A DNA stretch of 64,000 nt, taken from assembly GCA_050944155.1 (NCBI GenBank), contig JBMNQN010000002.1:72705-136704 (forward strand). Reading direction: 5' to 3'. The notes under the pieces are model-generated. The model ran no database searches. It saw only the letters and a program-made list of their open reading frames with translations, and had not been told where the DNA came from. Within the stretch, counting starts at the first letter, position 1, and each line of letters opens with the position of its first letter. A program made the translations under genes and the position numbers. The stretch is from Candidatus Methanomethylophilaceae archaeon (GTDB lineage Archaea; Thermoplasmatota; Thermoplasmata; Methanomassiliicoccales; Methanomethylophilaceae). This document shows, piece by piece, positions 9,643 to 18,569 of this stretch.

Positions 9643-10907
9643 TTTCCTATCGTTTCCTGTCCGCCCATATACGGTCTGAGGACTTCCGGAATCGTTACGG
9701 TGCCGTCTTTGTTCTGATAGTTTTCCAGAATCGCCACCATGGTTCTGGGAAGTGCCAGCCCGGAACCGTTCAGAGTGTGTATGAATTCGCTCTTCAGGTG
9801 CGGTTCGGGGCGGTATTTTATTCTGGTTCTTCTTGCCTGGAAGTCGGTGAAATTGGAACAGGAAGAGGCTTCCAGCCAGGCATCTTTGGCGGGTGCGTAC
9901 AGTTCCAGATCGTAACATTTGCTGCACGAGAAACTCATGTCACCCGTGCAGAGAAGAAGGACCCTATAGGGAAGACCCAGACCTTTTATCAGTTCTTCCG
10001 CCTGTCCTCTGAGAGTCTCCAGAACCTCGTAGGAATTTTCCGGAAGAACGAAATTGACCATCTCGACTTTGTTGAATTCGTGGACCCTGATGATTCCTCT
10101 GGTGTCCGCGTGTTTTCCCACTTCGCGTCTGAAAGACGGAAGGTACGCCGTGTAGAATATGGGAAGATCTTCTTTGGCGAGTATCTCGTCGGCGAGCATA
10201 TTCGTAAGAGGGACTTCCGCGGTGGGGTTCAGGAACAGGTCGTCCTTTTCCATGTAGTACATGTCGTCCTTCAGATTCGGATACTGCCCCGTTCCGGTTA
10301 CGGCGGCTTTGTTGACGACCACGGGAGGGAACACTTCGGTGTATCCCTGTTTCATATGGGTATCCAGGAAATAATTTATGAGCGCCCTTTCGAGCCTGGC
10401 GCCGTCCCCCTTGAGACAGTAGAAACCGCTTCCCGCGACTTTTACGCCTCTGTCGAAATCGATGATGTCGAGCTCTTCTCCCAAGACCCAGTGTTCTTTG
10501 GGTACGAAATCGAATTTTCTTTTCTCCCCGCTTTCGTAGACCACGACGTTTTCGGTGCTGTCCTTTCCTATCGGAACGCTTTCGTGGGGAATGTTCGGAA
10601 TGTTGAGGACGCAGTCCGTGCGTATCTCTTCCAGTTCGGCCATTCTTGCGTCGTTGGCTTTTATTCTGTCCCCGACCTTTCTCATGGACTGTATCTTTGC
10701 GTCCTTTTCCGGTCCTTTGGGGAGTTTGGAAATTTCCGACGAAACCGTGTTGCGTTCCTTTCTCAGATTGTTGTTTTCGTCGGTCAGAAGCCGCCATTCG
10801 GAATCGGCTTTCAGGAATCTGTCCAGTATCTCCGTGTCTTTGTTTCTGTTGATAAGCATGGTCCTGATCTTTTCGGGGTCGGACCTAATGACGTTCACAT
10901 CAAGCAT
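9639..10907 (-). CDS. serS: Serine--tRNA ligase (bacterial/eukaryotic type)
   Basis: N-terminal coiled coil, PTAEVP, FRREVG, SCSNFTDFQARR, HTLNGSGLALPR. Confidence 0.96.
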   Translation of the reverse strand: MLDVNVIRSDPEKIRTMLINRNKDTEILDRFLKADSEWRLLTDENNNLRKERNTVSSEISKLPKGPEKDAKIQSMRKVGDRIKANDARMAELEEIRTDCVLNIPNIPHESVPIGKDSTENVVVYESGEKRKFDFVPKEHWVLGEELDIIDFDRGVKVAGSGFYCLKGDGARLERALINYFLDTHMKQGYTEVFPPVVVNKAAVTGTGQYPNLKDDMYYMEKDDLFLNPTAEVPLTNMLADEILAKEDLPIFYTAYLPSFRREVGKHADTRGIIRVHEFNKVEMVNFVLPENSYEVLETLRGQAEELIKGLGLPYRVLLLCTGDMSFSCSKCYDLELYAPAKDAWLEASSCSNFTDFQARRTRIKYRPEPHLKSEFIHTLNGSGLALPRTMVAILENYQNKDGTVTIPEVLRPYMGGQETIGN

Positions 10908-10916
10908 TCTATCATC

Positions 10917-11210
10917 TCAGAATTTCTTTTGGCAGAGGGAGTTCCAGGTTCTTCTGTCCGTTAATACCACCACTCCGCCGCGCACGTCTACGACAACCGA
11001 ATCGGTTTTTTCGGAAAGTTCTTCGGAAATTTCGTCTGCGCTGCGCCCGGCGCCCGGGAGGATTTTGACTTTGATGAGCCTGTTTTTCTTGAGCTGAGCG
11101 GTGATTTCGCCGTAAACGCCCTCGTCGGTTCCGTCTTTTCCGACGTGAACCGTCGGGCTGAGATTATTGGCGCGTCTCATCAGTTCTTTTCTGGCTTCTT
11201 TCTCGGTCAT
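10917..11210 (-). CDS. yhbY: YhbY/CRM RNA-binding protein
   Basis: LSPTVHVGKDG, LIKVKIL, DVRGGVVVL. Confidence 0.88.
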   Translation of the reverse strand: MTEKEARKELMRRANNLSPTVHVGKDGTDEGVYGEITAQLKKNRLIKVKILPGAGRSADEISEELSEKTDSVVVDVRGGVVVLTDRRTWNSLCQKKF

Positions 11211-11526
11211 CTTTCTGTTCCCTCAGATACGGAAATCGTTTTAATGTGCCGCATTCGGAGCAGGTTACGGTGATTTTGCCCTGGTTCAGTCTCACCCTGC
11301 AGCTTATTTCCGGAATCAGCGGTACGAGGCATTCCTCGCAGTATCGGAATTCTTTCGGAATTCCCGTGCGGGTTTTCATGCCTATGCGTCTTGCCAATTC
11401 CACATATCGTTTTGCCCGGTCGGTATTTCCCTCCCTCGCGGCTTCTTCGGCAAGACCCGTAAGCACGGATATGCGCCGTCTTCCTATTTCGGAAGCCTGC
11501 TTGGAAGTGATCGATCTCCTGGACAC
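11164..11526 (-). CDS. rnp4: RNase P protein component 4 (Rpp21)
   Basis: RI..L...A helix, RYVELARRI, CEEC...CSECG zinc ribbon, RFPY. Confidence 0.9.
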   Translation of the reverse strand: MSRRSITSKQASEIGRRRISVLTGLAEEAAREGNTDRAKRYVELARRIGMKTRTGIPKEFRYCEECLVPLIPEISCRVRLNQGKITVTCSECGTLKRFPYLREQKDDRERSQKRTDETRQ

Positions 11527-11572
11527 ATTCCGTCACATTGCGTGCGTAATATAAATATTGGGGAGGAACGGC

Positions 11573-12544
11573 TCAGAAGGGAACTAGGGACAGAAGGTAA
11601 TCTCTTATTTCCTCCTCTTCCCCGCTGAGATTCTCTTTTCCGTCCGCGGCGTAGGTTTCCCACAGGAACATGAAGTAGTCGTGGAAAGCCGATACCGCAT
11701 CGTTCCATCCGGGCCTGGATACGGAAATTCCCATTATTTCGTTGGACAGAGTCCATTTTCTGGAAGTGCGGTCGAAAGATACGTCGGCAGATACGGGATT
11801 TAGAAGTGCCAGATCCTTTTCCGGACAGACGATTCTTTTGAATACGATCCCGGGGAACGCGTTCGTTCCGCATATGTCGCGGATTTCCGCTATGTTGCCG
11901 TCTTCCCCCAGACGTGCCATTCCGGAAACCAGAAGAGCCCCCTCGGAAACCAATGCGTCCGCATCCGCCGCAGTGAAACTTTTACCGGCGACTATTTTCG
12001 AACGGTACGAACCGGTGTCCAGGAAATATTCTTTCTTTCCGTCTCCTTTCACGACGGCTCCGGCAAGGGCGCATGCGAACATGCGGGTGTCGGCTTCCGC
12101 GCTCTCCGCGAAACGTTCGGAACGGGCGTTGTACAGCCTTTTCATCCTTCTTCCCGTACCGTAGGAGAGTTCCGATCCTTTCAGCCCGTCGCACAGTTTC
12201 ATAAGGTCTTTGGCTATCGCCGTCCTGTATCTCGGATCGGTGTAAGTTTCGGAAAGCCAGCGGTTCGCTATTTCGGTTCCCGCAACATCGAGGGTTTTCT
12301 CCATGGTGCTCAGGGCGACCCGTATCAGAGAATTTTCGTAATCGTCCCTAACGGGTTCGCCGTCGAGTCTGAATTTGTTTTCGAAACCTTCGGGGACGGC
12401 GCCCTGAAATCCCATCTCCGCCGTGAGAATAAACATCCCGATATCCGTGAGAAGCGATTGTACGCTGTTTATTATCGCTTCTTTCCGTTCTTCGGACAGT
12501 TCTTCCCCTTCCGCGGGAGTTATTTCGAATCTCAAGGTTTCCAT
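11573..12544 (-). CDS. Hypothetical protein with a possible C-terminal HicB-like domain
   Basis: 323-aa ORF filling the gap; tail WTLSNEIMGISVSRPGWNDAVSAFHDYFMFLWETYA. Confidence 0.65.
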   Translation of the reverse strand: METLRFEITPAEGEELSEERKEAIINSVQSLLTDIGMFILTAEMGFQGAVPEGFENKFRLDGEPVRDDYENSLIRVALSTMEKTLDVAGTEIANRWLSETYTDPRYRTAIAKDLMKLCDGLKGSELSYGTGRRMKRLYNARSERFAESAEADTRMFACALAGAVVKGDGKKEYFLDTGSYRSKIVAGKSFTAADADALVSEGALLVSGMARLGEDGNIAEIRDICGTNAFPGIVFKRIVCPEKDLALLNPVSADVSFDRTSRKWTLSNEIMGISVSRPGWNDAVSAFHDYFMFLWETYAADGKENLSGEEEEIRDYLLSLVPF

Positions 12545-12746
12545 CGGACGGAGAGGTATAGAGTCCGCTCCTTTTTAATCTGTTACATTTGGCAGCGTCC
12601 TGCACGAGGGATTCGGGCAGGTTTTATATGTGGGACCATTATCTTCCCGGTAAGGCGCGCGTACCTTTGCTTTCCCGAAAATGGGAGAGCAGGTATTATA
12701 TACAAAATGGGGAATGTGTGCCCGTCACGATTCATAAGGTGTTATA

Positions 12747-13262
12747 ATGGTAAGAAAACCCGCATCGATGTACAGAGAAATCAAAGGACAGGCGTACACC
12801 CGCCGCGAATACATGGGAGGGGTACCCGCCAGCAGGTTGAACCAGTTCGAAATGGGCGACCTCAGGGGAGAGTTCCCCGTTATCATGTCCCTTAGAGTCG
12901 AGAACAGGGTTCAGATCAGACACACTGCTCTCGAGGCCGGACGTATCGCAGCTAACAGAGTTCTTTCCAAAATCGGAACCACGAACTATCACATGACCGT
13001 AAGGGTATTCCCCCATATGGTTCTCAGAGAAAACAAACTTGCGACCGGAGCCGGTGCCGACCGTGTTTCCAGCGGAATGCGCAACGGATTCGGCAAAAAC
13101 GTCGGAACCGCCGCAAGACTGGAGCGCGGACAGGCCGTATACACCGTCCGTTGCACCCCGGCTGCGTTCAATTCGGCAAAGACCGCCCTCTGGAAGGCAT
13201 CCATGAAAATGCCCTCCCCCTGCTACATAGAAGTGGAAGAGGGTCAGGAATACGCCAACTGA
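12747..13262 (+). CDS. rpl10e: 50S ribosomal protein L10e/uL16
   Basis: RKPASMYR, ALEAGRIAANR, GAGADRVSSGMR, KMPSPC. Confidence 0.96.
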   Translation: MVRKPASMYREIKGQAYTRREYMGGVPASRLNQFEMGDLRGEFPVIMSLRVENRVQIRHTALEAGRIAANRVLSKIGTTNYHMTVRVFPHMVLRENKLATGAGADRVSSGMRNGFGKNVGTAARLERGQAVYTVRCTPAAFNSAKTALWKASMKMPSPCYIEVEEGQEYAN

Positions 13263-14242
13263 TGTTCGATTTAGAACCGGAACGCGTAACCGCATGGATT
13301 AAGTCCAACGGATATTCCAAAGTAGCCGTACAGTTGCCAGAAGGTCTCAAAGTCAGGTCTTCTGAGATTTCGGACACGTTGCGTTCCGCGGGAGCAATCC
13401 CGATTCTGATAGGGAGGCCCTGTTACGGAGCCTGCGATTATTACGACGGGTACGGAGAGTTCGCGGACGCTCTGATCCACTACGGCCATTCGGCCATACC
13501 TTCCATGGGCGAAGACCCGAATGTTTTATTCGTGGAAGCCCGCGCCGAAGTCGGAGCGGACGCTCTGAGGAATCACCTGGACGGGTTGCCCTCCAAGATA
13601 GGCGTTCTGGCTTCGGTACAGTATATCGGACTGATCGATGCCGTTACGGAGATTCTGGAGGAATCCGAAAGAACCGCATTCGTTTCTCCAGGAGATTCCA
13701 GGATAAAGTATCCCGGGCAGGTTCTCGGGTGCAACTGCAGTGCCGCAGAAAACATAAGAGACTGTGTGGACGCGTTTCTGTTTTTGGGAGAAGGGGATTT
13801 TCATCCTCTGGCCGCCGCGTTCGGCACGGATATTCCCCTTTTTGTTTACAACCCGGTAACCGGAAGCATGAGAAGCGTCGAAAACACCAGAGAAAGAATT
13901 CTCAGGAAACGTTTCGCTTCGATAACAATCGCATCGGAGGCAGAGAGTTTCACGGTAATCGTGTGCAGTAAAAAAGGCCAGAAACGCATAGCCGAAGCCG
14001 AACGCATATCCGCCCTTTTGGAAAAAGCCGGAAAGAAAGTTTACACCGTGGTTCTGGAAGAAATAACTCCGGAAGCCCTGTCCCATTACCGTACGGACGC
14101 ATTCGTGAACACGGCGTGCCCCCGCATTTCCATGGACGAATCCTCGAGATTCGTGAAGCCGATACTGACGGTCACGGAAGCGGAAATCGTTGCCGGAATA
14201 CGAAAATGGGAAGATTACGAATTCGATTCCATAAGGAACTGA
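13262..14242 (+). CDS. dph2: Diphthamide biosynthesis enzyme Dph2
   Basis: VQLPEGLK, CYGACD, VLGCN, TACPRI; ATG overlaps the rpl10e stop. Confidence 0.93.
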   Translation: MFDLEPERVTAWIKSNGYSKVAVQLPEGLKVRSSEISDTLRSAGAIPILIGRPCYGACDYYDGYGEFADALIHYGHSAIPSMGEDPNVLFVEARAEVGADALRNHLDGLPSKIGVLASVQYIGLIDAVTEILEESERTAFVSPGDSRIKYPGQVLGCNCSAAENIRDCVDAFLFLGEGDFHPLAAAFGTDIPLFVYNPVTGSMRSVENTRERILRKRFASITIASEAESFTVIVCSKKGQKRIAEAERISALLEKAGKKVYTVVLEEITPEALSHYRTDAFVNTACPRISMDESSRFVKPILTVTEAEIVAGIRKWEDYEFDSIRN

Positions 14243-14291
14243 CTCTCTTTCCGCTTAACTTTTTAACGACGATTCGCAATCAGTGGTCCGT

Positions 14292-15035
14292 ATGGTAACG
14301 TCCGAGGAATTTCTTTCCGGGCATCTGCCCGACGCAAACATAGGGATCGGCCGCGGTTCAGACAACGGCACGGTCGAAAAAAGCGTAGAATATTTCGGCC
14401 GCGACAATATCGCAATATACGACAATCCGGAAAAACTGGTATCCGATTTGATTTCCGGCAGAATAGATGCGGCGGTCAGAGGAGACATGTCCTCTTCGGT
14501 TCTCCTGCCCATAATAAAAAAGACAACGGGCCTGAAAGTTCTGGAAAGAGTCGTTCTCATGGAACCGCCGGGAGGCAAACTTTTCCTTATGGCTCCGGTG
14601 GGGATAGACGAGGGATGGACTGTAGCCCAGAGGGAGGCTCTTGCGGTACGGGCCGTCGCCCTTGCCGAAAGGATAGGTCTCGGAAAAAAGATAGCAGTGA
14701 TGTCCGGCGGCAGATGCGAAGATTACGGAAGGTGCAAAACGGTAAACAAAAGCATAGACGACGCTCTCCTTCTGGTGAAAAAACTGAAGGATAAGGGATA
14801 CGACGCGTACCACTCCCAGATTCTTATCGAAAATGCCGTAAGGGAGGCGGACATACTGATAGCGCCCGAAGGAATTTCCGGCAACCTGCTTTTCAGGTCC
14901 ATGCATCTGGTGGGCAACACCGCGGCGCTGGGTGCCCCCATCGTGAACATGGACAAGGTGTTCGTAGATACATCGAGAGCGAAGAAAGATTACTGCGATT
15001 CCATAGCGCTGGCACTCAGACTCACGGAGAAATGA
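14292..15035 (+). CDS. mtxX: Methanogenesis marker protein 4 / MtxX
   Basis: DAAVRG, APVGIDEG, SGGR.ED.GR, ILIE, GISGNLLFR, FVDTSR. Confidence 0.88.
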   Translation: MVTSEEFLSGHLPDANIGIGRGSDNGTVEKSVEYFGRDNIAIYDNPEKLVSDLISGRIDAAVRGDMSSSVLLPIIKKTTGLKVLERVVLMEPPGGKLFLMAPVGIDEGWTVAQREALAVRAVALAERIGLGKKIAVMSGGRCEDYGRCKTVNKSIDDALLLVKKLKDKGYDAYHSQILIENAVREADILIAPEGISGNLLFRSMHLVGNTAALGAPIVNMDKVFVDTSRAKKDYCDSIALALRLTEK

Positions 15036-15514
15036 TTATGATATTGGAAATTGACGGAGGGTATTCGGGAATAAGATTCTCGGCGTGCCACTTCATACCC
15101 AGACACGAAAAATGTTCCAGGCTTCACGGACACTCGTACATAATACGCCTGAGACTGGAAGGAGACGCGGGAGAAGACGGAATGCTCATGGATTTCGTGG
15201 TTCTCAAAAAGGAACTGAGGGCATTGGCATCCATGTTCGACCACAGAACGATTCTTCCGTCCCGGTCTTCGGACGTGGGCCTGAACATCGACGGAGATTC
15301 CGTGGAAGCCACGGCCTGCGGAAAGCGCTACGTGTTCCCTCTGGAAGACACGATAATACTGGAACTTCCCAACACGACGGCGGAGGAAATGGCGAAACTC
15401 ATGGTTTCCATCTTCCTCAAAGACGTGAAATTACCGGAGAACGTACGTTCGATATCGATAGGCCTCGACGAAGAAAGAGGTCAGACGGCGTGGTACACCG
15501 AGGTGCTGAGATGA
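15032..15514 (+). CDS. queD: 6-carboxytetrahydropterin synthase
   Basis: FSACHF, C.RLHGHSY, DHR, TTAEEMA. Confidence 0.9.
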   Translation: MIMILEIDGGYSGIRFSACHFIPRHEKCSRLHGHSYIIRLRLEGDAGEDGMLMDFVVLKKELRALASMFDHRTILPSRSSDVGLNIDGDSVEATACGKRYVFPLEDTIILELPNTTAEEMAKLMVSIFLKDVKLPENVRSISIGLDEERGQTAWYTEVLR

Positions 15515-16188
15515 CCAAGGCGGTTGTCCTTCTGTCCGGAGGTCTGGATTCGACCGTTACGCTGGCACAGGCAATCGACGACGGAAACGAAGTCTATGCC
15601 CTGAGTTTCCGTTACGGTCAGAGACACGGAAGGGAACTTATGGCCGCCGCAGACGTATGCAGGCATTACGGAGTCCCACATACGATTATCGATATCAATC
15701 TCTCTTCTTTCAGATCGGCTCTCACTAATCCGGACATAGACGTGCCGGAAAACAGACCCGAAATCTCCGAAAAAGAAATTCCCATAACATATGTTCCGGC
15801 AAGAAACACAATCTTCCTGAGCGTGGCGGCGGGTCTGTGCGAATCCATCGGCGCGGATCTGATTTACATAGGAGCGAACATCATCGATTATTCCGGATAT
15901 CCCGACTGCCGCCCGGACTTTTTCTCCGCTTTCGAAGAGATGCTCCGCAGAGGAACCAAAGCGGGCGTCGAAGGCAACCCCATCAGAATAATGACTCCGA
16001 TTCTGAAGAAGTCCAAAGCGGACATAGTCCGTCTCGGCAAGAAACTCAACGCACCGCTGGCACTTACGTGGTCGTGCTACGAAGGCAAAGAGAAAGCCTG
16101 CGGAAAATGCGACTCCTGCATACTCAGACTCAGGGGATTCCGCGAAGCGGGATACAAAGACGAAATCGAATACGAGATACCGATATGA
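15511..16188 (+). CDS. queC: 7-cyano-7-deazaguanine synthase
   Basis: SGGLDS, TYVPARN, YPDCR, SCY...CGKCDSC. Confidence 0.95.
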   Translation: MTKAVVLLSGGLDSTVTLAQAIDDGNEVYALSFRYGQRHGRELMAAADVCRHYGVPHTIIDINLSSFRSALTNPDIDVPENRPEISEKEIPITYVPARNTIFLSVAAGLCESIGADLIYIGANIIDYSGYPDCRPDFFSAFEEMLRRGTKAGVEGNPIRIMTPILKKSKADIVRLGKKLNAPLALTWSCYEGKEKACGKCDSCILRLRGFREAGYKDEIEYEIPI

Positions 16189-16808
16189 AGATATGCGAAA
16201 CGTTCCTGTCGCTCCAGGGCGAAGGACTTACCATGGGTGTTCCCACATTTTTCATCAGGACAGTCGGGTGCAATCTGAATTGTTCCTGGTGTGATACCAA
16301 GTATGCGTTCGACGGCGGAAAAGAGATCGGAATCGACGAACTGATCGACTCGGTTCCCTGGGCCCCGTGCGTTTGCGTAACCGGGGGAGAACCCATGCTC
16401 CAGCCGGACATTTACGAATTGCTGGGTCTTTTGATTTCCATGGGAAAAACGACGGTATTGGAGACCAACGGTTCCGTGGATCTGTCGGAACTTCCCGACA
16501 GTCCGAATCTCATGATAAGCATGGACATCAAATGCCCCTCGTCCGGAATGGAAGACAGGATGATGTTTTCCAACATATCCCTGCTGGGAAAAAAAGACCA
16601 GCTCAAATTCGTCGTCGGAGACATCGGCGACGTGGATTACGCCGAAAAGATAATCGAAAAATACGGCGCGGACACGAACATTATTTTCTCGCCGGTGGGC
16701 GGTATGGATCTCGAACCTTTGGCGGAAGAGGTTCTGAAGAGAAAACTGAACGTGCGCGTTCTGCCGCAGCTGCACAAAATAATATGGGGCGACAGACGGT
16801 CAGTCTGA
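16185..16808 (+). CDS. queE: 7-carboxy-7-deazaguanine synthase
   Basis: SLQGEG, CNLNCSWCDT, TGGEP, ETNG, PQLHK. Confidence 0.93.
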   Translation: MKICETFLSLQGEGLTMGVPTFFIRTVGCNLNCSWCDTKYAFDGGKEIGIDELIDSVPWAPCVCVTGGEPMLQPDIYELLGLLISMGKTTVLETNGSVDLSELPDSPNLMISMDIKCPSSGMEDRMMFSNISLLGKKDQLKFVVGDIGDVDYAEKIIEKYGADTNIIFSPVGGMDLEPLAEEVLKRKLNVRVLPQLHKIIWGDRRSV

Positions 16809-17156
16809 ATTACCCAGCGCTTCGAATTTCTTTCTGCGTTCGTACCGTCTTTTGAAATCCGTGACGCTTTCTTCCACGGTACCCTCTTCGTCCGAAGAAA
16901 CGGTTATTCCAGCATTCGTCAGTTTATCGTATCCGTGGGGGCCGATTCCGCCCGTTATCACGGCGTCGACGCCGAGACCGATGATGGAATCGGCAACCAG
17001 CATTCCGGCTCCGGACGCTGCGTTCACGTGTTCGTTTTCGACAACAGTGTAGTCCAGAGTATCCATGTCCACGATGAGGAAAAACGGCGCGTGCCCGAAA
17101 TCATCCGCAACGAAAGAATCCAGGGTGTCGCCCTCGGCCAGAACTCCGATTTTCAT
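16800..17156 (-). CDS. NifB/NifX family Fe-Mo cofactor-binding domain protein
   Basis: FGHAPFFLIVD, GVDAVITGGIG...L..AGI. Confidence 0.85.
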   Translation of the reverse strand: MKIGVLAEGDTLDSFVADDFGHAPFFLIVDMDTLDYTVVENEHVNAASGAGMLVADSIIGLGVDAVITGGIGPHGYDKLTNAGITVSSDEEGTVEESVTDFKRRYERRKKFEALGNSD

Positions 17157-17983
17157 TCCGCTTCGACCGTCGCCACTATTTTCTTTATAATCGACATGAA
17201 CGCTTTGGCGGAAGCGGATTCGGGGTTGCTCAGAACCGTCGGCATTCCTCCGTCGCCGTCGGTGACTACGGCGGCTTCGATGGGAACTTTTCCGAGGAAC
17301 TGGATATCGAATTCTTTGGCAACATTTTCTCCTCCGCCGGATTTGAAAATGTCCGTGACTTCGCCGCAGTGAGGGCAGACGAATCCGCTCATGTTCTCGA
17401 TGATTCCGATGATCGGAATTTTGGCTTCCGCAGCGAACGTGATGCTCTTGCGGCTGTCGAGCAGCGCAACGTCCTGTGGCGTCGTGACTATGACGGCGCC
17501 GTCGGGCTTGGGAATGAGATTCATAACGGACAGGGCTTCGTCGCCGGTTCCCGGAGGCATGTCGATCACGAGATAATCCAGATCTCCCCAGTTGACGTCC
17601 TCTATGAACTGTTTTATCGCCGTGTTTTTGACGGGGCCCCTCCAGAGTATCGGGGTGTCCTTCGTGGGCAGAAGGAACGCCATGGACATGATTTTCAGGG
17701 ACGGGGGGAAAAGAATCGGAACGAGCTTTCTTTCGTCGTCGACGAGAAGCTGTTCGTCCTCCACTCCGAACATTTTCGGAATGTTGGGCCCGGTTATGTC
17801 CACGTCCATTATTCCGGTCTGATATCCCATGGAAGAGAGCGCGGCGCCGAGGTTGGACGAAACCGTGCTCTTTCCCACTCCGCCTTTTCCGCTGAGGACT
17901 ATAATCGTGTGTTTTATCCTGCCGAGGCTTTCCTTGAGTCTGGTTTCTTCTTCTATTTTATCGGCGCTTATTACTTCTGCCAT
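17153..17983 (-). CDS. mrp: Mrp/ApbC/NBP35 Fe-S carrier ATPase
   Basis: SGKGGVGKST, WRGP, DMPPGTGD, ENMS..CPHC. Confidence 0.93.
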   Translation of the reverse strand: MAEVISADKIEEETRLKESLGRIKHTIIVLSGKGGVGKSTVSSNLGAALSSMGYQTGIMDVDITGPNIPKMFGVEDEQLLVDDERKLVPILFPPSLKIMSMAFLLPTKDTPILWRGPVKNTAIKQFIEDVNWGDLDYLVIDMPPGTGDEALSVMNLIPKPDGAVIVTTPQDVALLDSRKSITFAAEAKIPIIGIIENMSGFVCPHCGEVTDIFKSGGGENVAKEFDIQFLGKVPIEAAVVTDGDGGMPTVLSNPESASAKAFMSIIKKIVATVEAE

Positions 17984-18164
17984 GATTATCGGTCCCGAAA
18001 CTTGGTGTTAAGATAAAAAGTGTGTGCTTTGCAGACGGGCGATTCGGCAGCTGTATCTATTCGTATCGAAAAGGAAATGTCCGTTCCGTCGCGTATCTAC
18101 GAAGTGCGCCTCCTCGCCGGAGCGTTCAGAAATTGCTATATCCCCGTCCGCCCATAGCGCCGTC

Positions 18165-18569
18165 ATGCCGCTCGGAGATCCCGGAGGAGGAAATTTCGAA
18201 TACACCGAGGAAGGACTTCCTCAGAACATAATCGCGGTGAGGATACCCACCTCCGATCTTGACGAGAGTACAGCGTTTTACACCGAACTTCTGGGCATGG
18301 AAGCCGTGGGCAGAAAAGAGTCCTATGCGGTACTCAGAAGGGAAGATGCGGTGATTCTTCTTTACCTTTCGCCCAACACAGGAGTGGACACGGGATTCTA
18401 CATGGGGGTGGACGACCCTTACGCTCTTCACAGACGTCTTATCGACGAGGGAGTTATTTTCATGACGGACCCCGAAATGGGACCCATCGGAGTTTACACC
18501 TCGTTCAGGGACACCGACGGAAACATAATCCGCGTTGTCGACAAGTATGCTGTGGATTCGTTTTCCTGA
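18165..18569 (+). CDS. VOC/glyoxalase family protein
   Basis: DLDESTAFYTELLGM, FRDTDGN. Confidence 0.82.
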   Translation: MPLGDPGGGNFEYTEEGLPQNIIAVRIPTSDLDESTAFYTELLGMEAVGRKESYAVLRREDAVILLYLSPNTGVDTGFYMGVDDPYALHRRLIDEGVIFMTDPEMGPIGVYTSFRDTDGNIIRVVDKYAVDSFS

